This document shows positions 20,953 to 29,621 of a stretch of DNA of 64,000 nucleotides, piece by piece. How positions within the stretch are numbered: the first letter of the stretch is position 1; every line of letters starts with the position of its first letter. The stretch covers positions 1-64,000 of IMG/VR virus record IMGVR_UViG_3300020424_000003. One strand, given 5' to 3'. The notes under the pieces were generated by a model. That model was not told where the DNA came from. It worked only from the letters and a program-made list of their open reading frames with translations, and searched no databases. Origin of the DNA: a virus. The position numbers and the translations under genes are program-made.

Positions 20953-21059
20953 TAAAGTCAAAGAACCCTATCAGGCATTCTTTAACATATTAGTATTTAT
21001 CATACTACATATAATATAGTGTAAAAGAGGCGATTTTGCAAGTATAAGGTATACCAAAT

Positions 21060-21620
21060 CTATCTAATTTGGACAAAAAAGAAGTGATTTAAGCTAAATC
21101 TACCCTCTCCAATCACTGGTTTTACTTCATGTTGAATAAAACTAGGAAACAATACAAGTGTATTATTATCCATTTTTGGTGTGTATTCATAGTCTGTAAA
21201 CTGCAATTCTCCACCTGTAAATTGTTTTGGTGCTTCGTATAGCAAAGTGACTGCTGATAAAACTGCATGATCAGGGTGTAATCCATAACTGCTGTCTTTG
21301 TCATAACAATTTAGTTGTGTGACATCTAAATTACACATCTGCAAATAGTTTGCAAATACATTGTCTTTCAGTTGTTCTTTTAGTTCAAATATTTTTCTGT
21401 TGTATCTAAGTATACTGCTAACGTGTCTGTCCTGTTTGTAGTGCATATCAAGATGAACTGCATTCATCCTATTGCTTTTAGGATCACCTGTTCTTTTTGT
21501 GTCTTGGGAGTGTTTGTGTAGATATTTTATTTCTGAAAAAACACTTGGAAGTTCTGCATCGTCAAAAAAATTATCTATTATACTATGTGCAAATGGTTCT
21601 TGTAAGTTTTTAACTTGCAT
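21060..21620 (-). CDS. 2OG-Fe(II) oxygenase
   Basis: YGLHPD, FTGGEL, FPSFIQHEVKPV, RFSL. Confidence 0.82.
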   Translation of the reverse strand: MQVKNLQEPFAHSIIDNFFDDAELPSVFSEIKYLHKHSQDTKRTGDPKSNRMNAVHLDMHYKQDRHVSSILRYNRKIFELKEQLKDNVFANYLQMCNLDVTQLNCYDKDSSYGLHPDHAVLSAVTLLYEAPKQFTGGELQFTDYEYTPKMDNNTLVLFPSFIQHEVKPVIGEGRFSLNHFFFVQIR

Positions 21621-22662
21621 TGAATTTATTGAACACTTGATTAACCTGATGTGTACATCTAACAAAGGTTGCACACTTAGGCATATCTTTTAATCTTTTT
21701 GCACCAATGTATGTACAAGCAGATCTTACTCCACCAAGTATTTCAACAACAGTTGCATCAGCTGGTCCTTTGTGTGGTAGTTCTACCACCTTGCCTTCAG
21801 CACCACGATATCCATCTTTTCTACGACCATGTTTTGCCATAGCGGCATCTGAACTCATTCCATAGAACTGTACTTTGCCGTTGACTACTTCGCCTTCGCT
21901 TTCGTCATGTCCTGCTAACATACCACCAAGCATTACAAAGTGAGCACCAGCACCAAATGCCTTAGCAACATCACCTGGATACACACAACCACCATCAGCA
22001 ATCACGTGTCCTCCAATACCATTGGCCGCATCTGCACATTCAATGACTCCTGATAATTGCGGCACACCAACACCAGTCTGCAATCTAGTTGTGCATACTG
22101 ATCCTGGACCAATACCAACCTTGACAATATCAGCACCACGAATGATTAATTCTTCTGTCATCTCTGCGGTTACAACATTACCAGCAATAAGTGTTTTATC
22201 AGGATAGGTATCTCTCATCTGTGCAATAAATTCACCAAAGTTTTCATGATAAGCATTTGCAACATCAACTGTGATAAATTTAATATCTGGAAATGCTTCT
22301 AAAACTTGTTTCATTGTGTTGTAGTCTGCGGCTTCTTTATCCCAAATGAATCCTGTCCCAGTACAAACACTGATGTATTTCATTTTGATTCCATTACCTA
22401 TTGCTTCTTTCCAGTCATCAAACGTATTGTGTTTTCCTATCACGGTTAACATCTTATGACTTTGCAATACCTTTGCCATGCTAAACGTGCCAACTCCGTC
22501 CATGTTACTCGACATGATTGGAACACCTGTCCACTCATTACCACTGTTGTGAAATTTAAATGTTCTCATTAGATCTACGTCTCTACGACTTTCTAATTTA
22601 GATCTTTTAGGCTTAAAAAGTACGTCACTATAATCTAATTTTATATCATGCTCAATTCTCAT
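21610..22662 (-). CDS. guaC: GMP reductase
   Basis: MRIEHDIKLDYSDVL, KVGIGPGSVCTTR, no CBS domains. Confidence 0.92.
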   Translation of the reverse strand: MRIEHDIKLDYSDVLFKPKRSKLESRRDVDLMRTFKFHNSGNEWTGVPIMSSNMDGVGTFSMAKVLQSHKMLTVIGKHNTFDDWKEAIGNGIKMKYISVCTGTGFIWDKEAADYNTMKQVLEAFPDIKFITVDVANAYHENFGEFIAQMRDTYPDKTLIAGNVVTAEMTEELIIRGADIVKVGIGPGSVCTTRLQTGVGVPQLSGVIECADAANGIGGHVIADGGCVYPGDVAKAFGAGAHFVMLGGMLAGHDESEGEVVNGKVQFYGMSSDAAMAKHGRRKDGYRGAEGKVVELPHKGPADATVVEILGGVRSACTYIGAKRLKDMPKCATFVRCTHQVNQVFNKFNAS

Positions 22663-23261
22663 TTTTCAACTCCATAGTTAAAAGAAAGTGCTATTCTATT
22701 TGTTTTTGATCTGTTTTGCTTTACTGCGTGTTTGACCCAAGAAGGAAAAACAACAAGCATTCCAGGTTTAGGTGGATATGTTGCCATGGTGCTTGTAATT
22801 GTATTATACTGATTCAAGTTATCAGGTATGTAATACTGTGCGTCATCGCCACGATAAAACTGCAAGTCACCTTGGTTCTCTTCTGGTACATCAATATAGA
22901 ACACACCACTTAACATTCCATCTTGATGGTTGTGTAAAGTATGATAAGCACCTGGTGGATTAATATTAATCCACAAATTTTGAAATACTAATTTAGGAAA
23001 GCCTGCACTCTTAGAACAATAATCTATGGCTTTGTCTAATTCTATTAGCAATTTATTAAATGTAGGTTGAATGTTAGGAGGTAGAAGGTCAACCTTCTCT
23101 ATGCTTCTGCTATGCCAACCACCTTCGTTGCTATTTCCAGCAAGTTCTGGTTCAGCCTTTTGCCATGCTTCTGCGATAGCCTTTAGATCAGCTCTTGGTA
23201 TGTCGTCATTGATTCCTGCAAATACAATACTAGGAAACCAAAGATCTGCTTTCAACTCCAT
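22659..23261 (-). CDS. Putative 2OG-Fe(II) oxygenase (TIGR02466-like)
   Basis: SNEGGWHS, WININPPG..HNH..SGVFY, FPSWVKHAV, RIALSFN. Confidence 0.82.
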   Translation of the reverse strand: MELKADLWFPSIVFAGINDDIPRADLKAIAEAWQKAEPELAGNSNEGGWHSRSIEKVDLLPPNIQPTFNKLLIELDKAIDYCSKSAGFPKLVFQNLWININPPGAYHTLHNHQDGMLSGVFYIDVPEENQGDLQFYRGDDAQYYIPDNLNQYNTITSTMATYPPKPGMLVVFPSWVKHAVKQNRSKTNRIALSFNYGVEK

Positions 23262-23497
23262 TAATAACCTTCCTCTAACATTCTTTTCTGCATCGCTTTT
23301 TTGTGCCTAGCAATACCGGCCGCTTTTTGTCTGGCCTTCTTTGTGCTTGGCTTTTCAAAATATCTTTTGGATTTGTATTCCATCAAGATACCATCTTGCG
23401 ACACTTTTCTTTTGAATTTTCTCAAAGCCTTGTTAAAGTCACCGTTACGAACTGCAACATATAACCCTTCAGGCTTTTTTGTTTTGAACTTCGGCAA
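23261..23497 (-). CDS. rpsU: 30S ribosomal protein bS21 (copy 2, divergent)
   Basis: VAVRNGDFNKALRKFKRKV..GILMEYKSKRYFEKPS. Confidence 0.85.
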   Translation of the reverse strand: MPKFKTKKPEGLYVAVRNGDFNKALRKFKRKVSQDGILMEYKSKRYFEKPSTKKARQKAAGIARHKKAMQKRMLEEGY

Positions 23498-23870
23498 AGT
23501 CTTCTCCTTCTGCTAATTGTCCAACGTCAAAAATTCTACGATTACATAACATATTATAGTGCATAGACTCGGCACTTGTCAAGTAAAAAGTTTTATCATA
23601 AGATAAAATTTTGCCAATAATCCATTTATGGCTGTCAGCGACATTGTCTATATCTAGTATGATGTAATCAGAAGTATTACAAACGTCAAGTAACCAACCC
23701 AAGTCGTTCGATTCTTCGAACAGATATACATTAAGATTCTTACCCAGTTTCTTTGCCATTTCATTAAACTGTTCTTTTGTAGTTGTGCTAGGATATACAA
23801 GTGTGAAACTTAAATTATTATTATACAATTTATCAGGTGAAGTGATAAGATTGAGTACAGGCTGTTTCAT
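23469..23870 (-). CDS. Hypothetical protein
   Basis: ORF; late promoter 5 nt before ATG. Confidence 0.6.
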   Translation of the reverse strand: MKQPVLNLITSPDKLYNNNLSFTLVYPSTTTKEQFNEMAKKLGKNLNVYLFEESNDLGWLLDVCNTSDYIILDIDNVADSHKWIIGKILSYDKTFYLTSAESMHYNMLCNRRIFDVGQLAEGEDFAEVQNKKA

Positions 23871-23945
23871 ATTACTACTTATTGTTTCTGATTTTTTGCC
23901 AAATAGAGTTCTGATTTTGCTCTTGATTTTGAACGTATACTTCTG

Positions 23946-25676
23946 TTAGGTCTGGTCGGAGTCTTCCGGATTGGTTGTCTGGCGTACTTGCTTGTTGCTT
24001 ACCTTTGTTATGTAATTGGTTCCGCTCACCGTTTTTTTTTGAGCTTCGTCTATTTGTTTTAATTCTTCGCCATAAAAAATTCTATTTTTGGTATCAACAT
24101 ACTCTTTATCTTTATCTTTTTCTTTTTGATCTTCTTTTATTGCTTCTTTTTCTGCGGCATCTACCCATTGGTTCCATTTGTCAACATCTTTTACTTCGTC
24201 TAGTATGTCTTCCTTTTTTTCTTCTTTAGGTTCATAGTTCTTGTTGAATTCTTCATACCCTTCTACTTCAGCTGGATCAAATCCATCATTGACTTCTTTT
24301 ATGATCTTTTCTTCAAGCTCTTCTTTCATATCAAGCTCTTTGTCAACAGTCACAGGCTCTTCGGGTAAAGGTTCAAGTTCGTCCTGCATCGTTTCACTGA
24401 ACGACTTTTCTTCACTGTGATCAAGTCCAGGTTCAACTTTGACTTCTGTTGTGTCTGTGGTTACTGCACCCAGTGAACCTGCCACTGCTACTTCTTTAGT
24501 TGGAGTTGGCTCGGGCTCTGGATCGTTAGGTTCGTCTGGATCTGGATCGGACTTTGGGGGCAACTTCCCGCCCTTGTCCTCTCTTACATATTGAAATGTA
24601 TATTGTGAAGCAATTAATAATAATACCGCAAGTGGATCAAATACAAAAATAATAATTATTATTACCCATCTTACAGCCGATTCTAATAATGATTGATTTG
24701 CTTGTTCACCATAGATAAATTCAGCAATATATTTAATTGGTCCTACTTCAGCTTCTAACTTACGATACTCTTTTTCATAACCAAACTTCTCTTCACGTAC
24801 TTGATCAATTACTAATTGTTCTGCATCAATAAAGTTTTCAAGTTCTGTAACACGAGCATCTATGTCTTCAGTTTTTTCATTGGCTTGATTACGTAGATCC
24901 TGTATTCTATCCTGTATTGCTTTGATATCATTTGCATATTTGGCATCTACGGCCGCAAGTGCTTCATTAAGTTTAGCATTTATGTTTCTAATTTCTCTTT
25001 GTGCCGAACTTGCCACTGACAGTTCGTTTGCCTTTGCTTCTTCTACTGCTTTGTCAAACTTGGCACCGCCACCAAAGGATCCTTCAAACCTATCCTTGGC
25101 CGCTTGTATATCTGCTTCTTTACGTTCTTTTGCTTGTTCAATACGTTTGTTCTGTAATTCTATTTGTTTGTCAAAGTCAACACGGACATCATCTTTTTCA
25201 GCTTTTATAAGTGCATTGATTTTATCTAATTCTTTTTGTTCACGATCAATAAGATTATCTACACGGACATCTTCGCCTTTCATTAGGCGATTCATTTCAT
25301 CTGTCCAACGTTCTATTTTACCCTGTGATCTAATTTCCTTGTCATCAAGTGTTTTAATTAAAGCAACTTGTTCTTGGCTCATAGATGTTTGTTCTATGTG
25401 TGCTTTAGATAAGAAACCAAAGATACCCATTGATGTTATAAACATTAACACAATGACTGCTATTGAAAGATAGGTTTTTAACCACCAGGCGGCTCGTGAC
25501 CAATGTCTGTGTAACCATACTGCGGTAACAAGTTTCCCTATTTCTAAAGAAACACCCATGATAATGATTGGAATCACAGCCGCGGCGAATATAGCCGCCA
25601 ATCCTGCCACCGAATAGTATATAGCTACCGCACTAATAGTTAATGCAGATAGAAATGTTAATATTCCTAATAACAT
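23946..25676 (-). CDS. Membrane protein with long coiled coil and acidic tail; probable -1 frameshift extension to 23875
   Basis: N-terminal TMs, EVGPIKYIA/FDPLAV second TM block; A9 run at 24032-24040. Confidence 0.7.
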   Translation of the reverse strand: MLLGILTFLSALTISAVAIYYSVAGLAAIFAAAVIPIIIMGVSLEIGKLVTAVWLHRHWSRAAWWLKTYLSIAVIVLMFITSMGIFGFLSKAHIEQTSMSQEQVALIKTLDDKEIRSQGKIERWTDEMNRLMKGEDVRVDNLIDREQKELDKINALIKAEKDDVRVDFDKQIELQNKRIEQAKERKEADIQAAKDRFEGSFGGGAKFDKAVEEAKANELSVASSAQREIRNINAKLNEALAAVDAKYANDIKAIQDRIQDLRNQANEKTEDIDARVTELENFIDAEQLVIDQVREEKFGYEKEYRKLEAEVGPIKYIAEFIYGEQANQSLLESAVRWVIIIIIFVFDPLAVLLLIASQYTFQYVREDKGGKLPPKSDPDPDEPNDPEPEPTPTKEVAVAGSLGAVTTDTTEVKVEPGLDHSEEKSFSETMQDELEPLPEEPVTVDKELDMKEELEEKIIKEVNDGFDPAEVEGYEEFNKNYEPKEEKKEDILDEVKDVDKWNQWVDAAEKEAIKEDQKEKDKDKEYVDTKNRIFYGEELKQIDEAQKKTVSGTNYITKVSNKQVRQTTNPEDSDQT

Positions 25677-25719
25677 ACTGCTCCCTCTGTATTCTTTGTA
25701 TAACATATTTATCTTAATT

Positions 25720-26163
25720 TTACCTTACAAACCGCCATCCTTGATGACCAGTTTCCCTACAAGCAACCTCTTTAAAGTGTCGTAGTTTACCTTTGTAATT
25801 TAATTTAGATAAAACTGTTCTACAATAACCACTTCCCATAGGATATGTACTTGCAACAAATACTTCACCATTGGTTCCAGTGTCATTATTATACCAACTT
25901 GTTGCTTGGCCAGTTTCATTGTTATCAAGAGCAAAATATATTGCTTGTTCTTGTTTCATTCTATCTTCAGCCGGTAATCTATACCAATGCCATTTAGTAA
26001 GATTAACAATAATACCTACATAACCACTGCTTGGTTGATATGTTGATTGAACACTTGATGTTGTGGTGTCACTAGTATTGTATGTTTGAACGTTCTTTGT
26101 AGAACTACAAGCCCCTAATATACTAAAAAGGGCTAGTAACAATATACCATTTACTAGTTTCAT
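25720..26163 (-). CDS. Lipoprotein, 17-kDa surface antigen (RT0821/Lpp0805)-like
   Basis: LGAC lipobox; ALD..G..SWYN..TG..G, YCR, ACR..GW. Confidence 0.7.
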   Translation of the reverse strand: MKLVNGILLLALFSILGACSSTKNVQTYNTSDTTTSSVQSTYQPSSGYVGIIVNLTKWHWYRLPAEDRMKQEQAIYFALDNNETGQATSWYNNDTGTNGEVFVASTYPMGSGYCRTVLSKLNYKGKLRHFKEVACRETGHQGWRFVR

Positions 26164-26467
26164 AGTCTTTTCCTTGCATTAGACAGGCATAGCCTTTTCT
26201 TTCGACCATCCTGCCATTAATGTTAACACTATACCAATGTTCGCGACATTCCTTTGCTATGCCCATTTTGGGTGGCAATAGCTTTTTGACAGGATCGTCG
26301 CTACATTCTGTGATTTGTGTGCTGTCAACTACACCGTTTTTTTCAATGATTGTTTTGTTAGTATCACAATACTGATGACCGTTTTCTTCTAGTGTTAGCT
26401 TGTTACCTGTGGCACTACAACCTGTAGCTACCATCATCAGAGCTATTATGTATAGAAGATGTTTCAT
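26123..26467 (-). CDS. Lipoprotein
   Basis: ATGC lipobox, four further Cys. Confidence 0.6.
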   Translation of the reverse strand: MKHLLYIIALMMVATGCSATGNKLTLEENGHQYCDTNKTIIEKNGVVDSTQITECSDDPVKKLLPPKMGIAKECREHWYSVNINGRMVERKGYACLMQGKDYETSKWYIVTSPF

Positions 26468-26476
26468 ACGGCTCTC

Positions 26477-27043
26477 CTAGTCGACTTGTTTAGCTGACTT
26501 GTTAATAGAGTTCGTATCAATCTTTACTTGAGAAGCTCTAATACCTTGTGCTTCTGCTACCAATTGATCAACAATCTCCTTATCAAGTTTCAACATTATG
26601 AAATGATGATACTTGCCATTTCTTTTGTACAAGTAACCTTCATTAGATGAATAATGTCTTACAACTGTATCTGTGATCTTGTTAACAACCAATACTTGAG
26701 ACTGTGTAGAAGAAACCAAATTCTCTTCACTGCCACTATCATTATATTCGATTGTTGTTCGCTTGTTCACTGCACCGTTAATTCTATCAGCAATTTTAGT
26801 TTTTGCTAACTGCAATGATTTATCATAAGCCGCTTCTTTAAAGCCACTTACTGCACTACCACAAGCATAGTAGTAGTCTTTAGACCACCAAAACCAACCT
26901 TCAGTTCCAGTGTCCTTACACTTCATATACCAATTAGGTACTACGTCTTGTTGCTTTTCAACGACAGTAGTCATTGTTGAACAAGCTGACATCATTACCG
27001 CCATTGTTGCGACTAATGTCAGTTTTTTAAATGTGCCTTTCAT
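26477..27043 (-). CDS. LPP20-like lipoprotein
   Basis: MSAC lipobox, VPNWY, GSAVS, AKTKIADRING. Confidence 0.6.
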   Translation of the reverse strand: MKGTFKKLTLVATMAVMMSACSTMTTVVEKQQDVVPNWYMKCKDTGTEGWFWWSKDYYYACGSAVSGFKEAAYDKSLQLAKTKIADRINGAVNKRTTIEYNDSGSEENLVSSTQSQVLVVNKITDTVVRHYSSNEGYLYKRNGKYHHFIMLKLDKEIVDQLVAEAQGIRASQVKIDTNSINKSAKQVD

Positions 27044-27125
27044 TAAAGCCTCCATAAGTTTTTCTTCATTAAGTTTATATAATAGCACCGAAACAATCAA
27101 ATGTCAATGATAATTTTGCCAAAAG

Positions 27126-27575
27126 TTAATTCCTACGCATTGTTGCAATTTCGGTTGCCGCCTTACGTCCTGACTTGTCTTCTTCGTCATCTGCAAAAAT
27201 TGGAACCATGTTTGATTTGTGCATGGTTGCAATACCAATTAACCTACGTTTTCCTGTGTATTGCATAGGCTCTTTTCGTGTCGCAGTACCAAAACTTCTG
27301 TGCGAACTAGCACTTGGAATATTTGGAGTCTCTCTGCGAAAAGTTGATTCTGTGTGATGCCATGGTGTGCTTACCACAGACCTTGTTTTTACTTTGACTT
27401 TGCCGTGAACGTAATCGATGTATTCGGACAATGTCATTGTGTCCAATTTAGCACTTTTCAAAAATTTGTTGTGCTTTCGCCAAGCATCTTCATAGAATGA
27501 AGGATCCTTACGTTTTTTGGGTTTACGTTTCTTTGTGTTTAGTGTGGTAAGACCACGAGCTAGATGCATTGTCAT
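27126..27575 (-). CDS. Conserved T4-like phage hypothetical protein
   Basis: YTG..LIGIATMHKSNMVPIF motif. Confidence 0.65.
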   Translation of the reverse strand: MTMHLARGLTTLNTKKRKPKKRKDPSFYEDAWRKHNKFLKSAKLDTMTLSEYIDYVHGKVKVKTRSVVSTPWHHTESTFRRETPNIPSASSHRSFGTATRKEPMQYTGKRRLIGIATMHKSNMVPIFADDEEDKSGRKAATEIATMRRN

Positions 27576-27633
27576 ATTGAGCCTCTTTCGTTATTATGTA
27601 TATTTTACTATACAATGCTCTATATGTCAAGTC

Positions 27634-27894
27634 TTATATTGATTTTCTTTCTGGTCCATCTGATAATGGAATAAGGTCTGATGGGATTTTGGTACTGTCT
27701 ACACAAAGAATTGATTCGACAGGTCTGAACCCATATGATTGGGCTACTCTTAGCATTACTTCATTTGTGTTTTGTTGAACATATGAAATACACTCTTCTG
27801 TTGTTTTAAAAGTAGGTTCTGTAAAAACAAACAGGTTTCGTTCACCGCCTTGACCGATACCGACCATGACAGCAACAATTAAAATTTTAAGCAT
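27634..27894 (-). CDS. Small exported protein
   Basis: Signal-like N-terminus, F.T.EEC motif. Confidence 0.5.
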   Translation of the reverse strand: MLKILIVAVMVGIGQGGERNLFVFTEPTFKTTEECISYVQQNTNEVMLRVAQSYGFRPVESILCVDSTKIPSDLIPLSDGPERKSI

Positions 27895-28326
27895 TTATAG
27901 GGTTACCTTTCCTTCTTTGATGAGCTTCTTTCTGTTATTTAGATGTGCTTTCTCAACTTGGTCTTTGTTCTGGCCAGTGTACACAACTCCGTAACCCTCT
28001 TTGATCATTGTCTCAGTTAACTTCTTGCCATCAATTAAAAAGTCTCCAAGTATTCTGCCAAACTTTCCTTTTTTGTCTTCACCACTTCTATCAATTTGTG
28101 TTTTCAAAACTTGTTTGGAACCAACTGGCATCATGTCTTTAACAAACTGTTTAGATGCTAAACCAAATTTCTTTTCTACTTTGTCTCTTGTTCTTGATTC
28201 AGGAGTGTCTATGCCCATCATTCGGACACGTTCTTTGTGCATCCACATACCAAAGCCTAAGTCAATATCAACATCAACTGTGTCACCATCGACTACTCTT
28301 AGGATTTTACAGCGGTACTCGTACAT
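27895..28326 (-). CDS. Thermonuclease (SNase-like)
   Basis: RVVDGDTVD, RMMGIDTPESRT, GKFGRILG. Confidence 0.9.
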   Translation of the reverse strand: MYEYRCKILRVVDGDTVDVDIDLGFGMWMHKERVRMMGIDTPESRTRDKVEKKFGLASKQFVKDMMPVGSKQVLKTQIDRSGEDKKGKFGRILGDFLIDGKKLTETMIKEGYGVVYTGQNKDQVEKAHLNNRKKLIKEGKVTL

Positions 28327-28472
28327 TATCTACCTTGACCTCTGTAAAACTTATGGCTTCTTTTTTTGTGTTTGTTCATGGAACTCATCTTGCAAGATCT
28401 TTTACGTCCAGCTTGAGAAGTTGTCTTTGGTTGACTTACATGAACTGATTGTGTTTTGCCCCATGCGGCCAT
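28326..28472 (-). CDS. 48-aa basic protein ending YRGQGR (not in ORF track)
   Basis: MAAWGKTQ...KRSHKFYRGQGR; AAGGAG RBS; TAATG coupling to the nuclease gene. Confidence 0.7.
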   Translation of the reverse strand: MAAWGKTQSVHVSQPKTTSQAGRKRSCKMSSMNKHKKRSHKFYRGQGR

Positions 28473-28510
28473 AACTGCTCCTTGTTAACTATGCAGTTAT
28501 TTATCTTATG

Positions 28511-28587
28511 TGGCGGGAGTGAAGGGACTCGAACCCTCGGCCTTCCGCGTGACAGGCGGACGCTCTAACCAACTGAGCTACACCCCC
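28511..28587 (-). tRNA. tRNA-Asp (GTC)
   Basis: Loop CTGTCAC, TTCGAGT, CCA. Confidence 0.93.
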
Positions 28588-28593
28588 ATATGG

Positions 28594-28669
28594 TGGTGGA
28601 GGATACAGGAGTCGAACCTGCGACCTCCTGAATGCAAATCAGGCGCTCTCCCAACTGAGCTAATCCCCC
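28594..28669 (-). tRNA. tRNA-Ala (TGC)
   Basis: GGGGGAT/ATCCTCC acceptor with G3:U70, loop TTTGCAT, CCA followed by a second CCA. Confidence 0.93.
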
Positions 28670-28675
28670 AAAGTC

Positions 28676-28780
28676 TTAACCGCAACCGGATATACAAATC
28701 ATCCAAGGTTGTCCAAATGCTATCTGATGTGCTACGTCTAAAACAATAGCTACACCCATTATCGTTACAAAAGTCATCAT
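28676..28780 (-). CDS. 34-aa hydrophobic peptide (not in ORF track)
   Basis: MMTFVTIMGVAIVLDVAHQIAFGQPWMICISGCG with AAGGA RBS. Confidence 0.4.
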   Translation of the reverse strand: MMTFVTIMGVAIVLDVAHQIAFGQPWMICISGCG

Positions 28781-28844
28781 GTCACTGTTCCTTGTGTTGT
28801 GATAAAAACTAGCTTTATTATATAGTCATTTAATGAAGATGTCA

Positions 28845-29146
28845 AGTGCAACTTTTCTGTTGCTAGGTAAGTTGCCAACCCCGAGCGATTATGCCGCTAG
28901 GGCAAAATCCTCATTTACAACGGATTTCTGTTTACCGAAGTTAACAAAAGTCACGTTGTTTAGTGCATTATCGTTTGCATCTATACGTTTGTTCGCGTTA
29001 ACCGAGCTTACATCCGGACAGTCTCCTTCAACCTTAACAAGCCAATCGATCCTAATTCCACCCCGTCGGGGGTATATTGAATTGGTGGAGTGGCCGGGAA
29101 TTGCACCCGGGTCTTGCTCTTGTGACATACGTTGCTATCATCAATT
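28845..29146 (-). ncRNA. ssrA: Circularly permuted (two-piece) tmRNA; outer ends approximate
   Basis: T-arm/acceptor piece ...CCACTCCACCA (ends 29083) precedes GGGGTGG 5' end (29064); G3:U pair; tag ORF 28978-28889 ANDN...FALAA. Confidence 0.9.
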
Positions 29147-29215
29147 GCTATGTATTTATAGCCTTATTTGTATAGTATGCACTTAATTGTGATAACTAAT
29201 GTCAAAGGATTAACA

Positions 29216-29419
29216 ATGCCAAAAATGAGAACATTTACATTCTTCGACGGAGATAAGACAGAAACCAAAGAATCAACTAGCTATAAAAAAGCGGTGAAGT
29301 CATATCAAGGTAGTACCAAAAGCAAAATTGTTAGAGTAGAGTGGGAAGCCAAAAAAGGTGGAGTGTATGAAAAAGAACAACTTCTGCCAATGGGAAGAAG
29401 TAAAAAGATAGGAAGATAG
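29216..29419 (+). CDS. Small basic hypothetical protein
   Basis: AAGGA RBS before MPKMRTF. Confidence 0.55.
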   Translation: MPKMRTFTFFDGDKTETKESTSYKKAVKSYQGSTKSKIVRVEWEAKKGGVYEKEQLLPMGRSKKIGR

Positions 29420-29420
29420 A

Positions 29421-29621
29421 ATGGCTGGAATAAAGCAAAGAGGACCAAGATCTGAAAACTACAAAAGAACTGTGATCAGAGATGGTGTTGAAGTAGAAGT
29501 AAAACCTGTAAGATATTATGGTCCAGGAGCCAATGGTCGTATGTGTGGAGCCTATGCTGACACTGGTGATTTGATCATGGGCTCAGACGGAACGCCTAAA
29601 CCTTTTAAAAGCATTAATTAA
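29421..29621 (+). CDS. Hypothetical protein
   Basis: ORF directly downstream. Confidence 0.5.
   Translation: MAGIKQRGPRSENYKRTVIRDGVEVEVKPVRYYGPGANGRMCGAYADTGDLIMGSDGTPKPFKSIN

Noticed and set aside
18531-22662. Bacterial chromosome or host contamination (dnaK, guaC, clpS)
   Set aside because: Genes are interleaved with phage genes and T4-type late promoters and lack their usual bacterial neighbours
28510-28749. 79-aa plus-strand ORF
   Set aside because: Antisense to tRNA-Asp and tRNA-Ala
28889-29128. 79-aa ORF ending FALAA
   Set aside because: It is the tmRNA body read through its tag frame, not a protein gene
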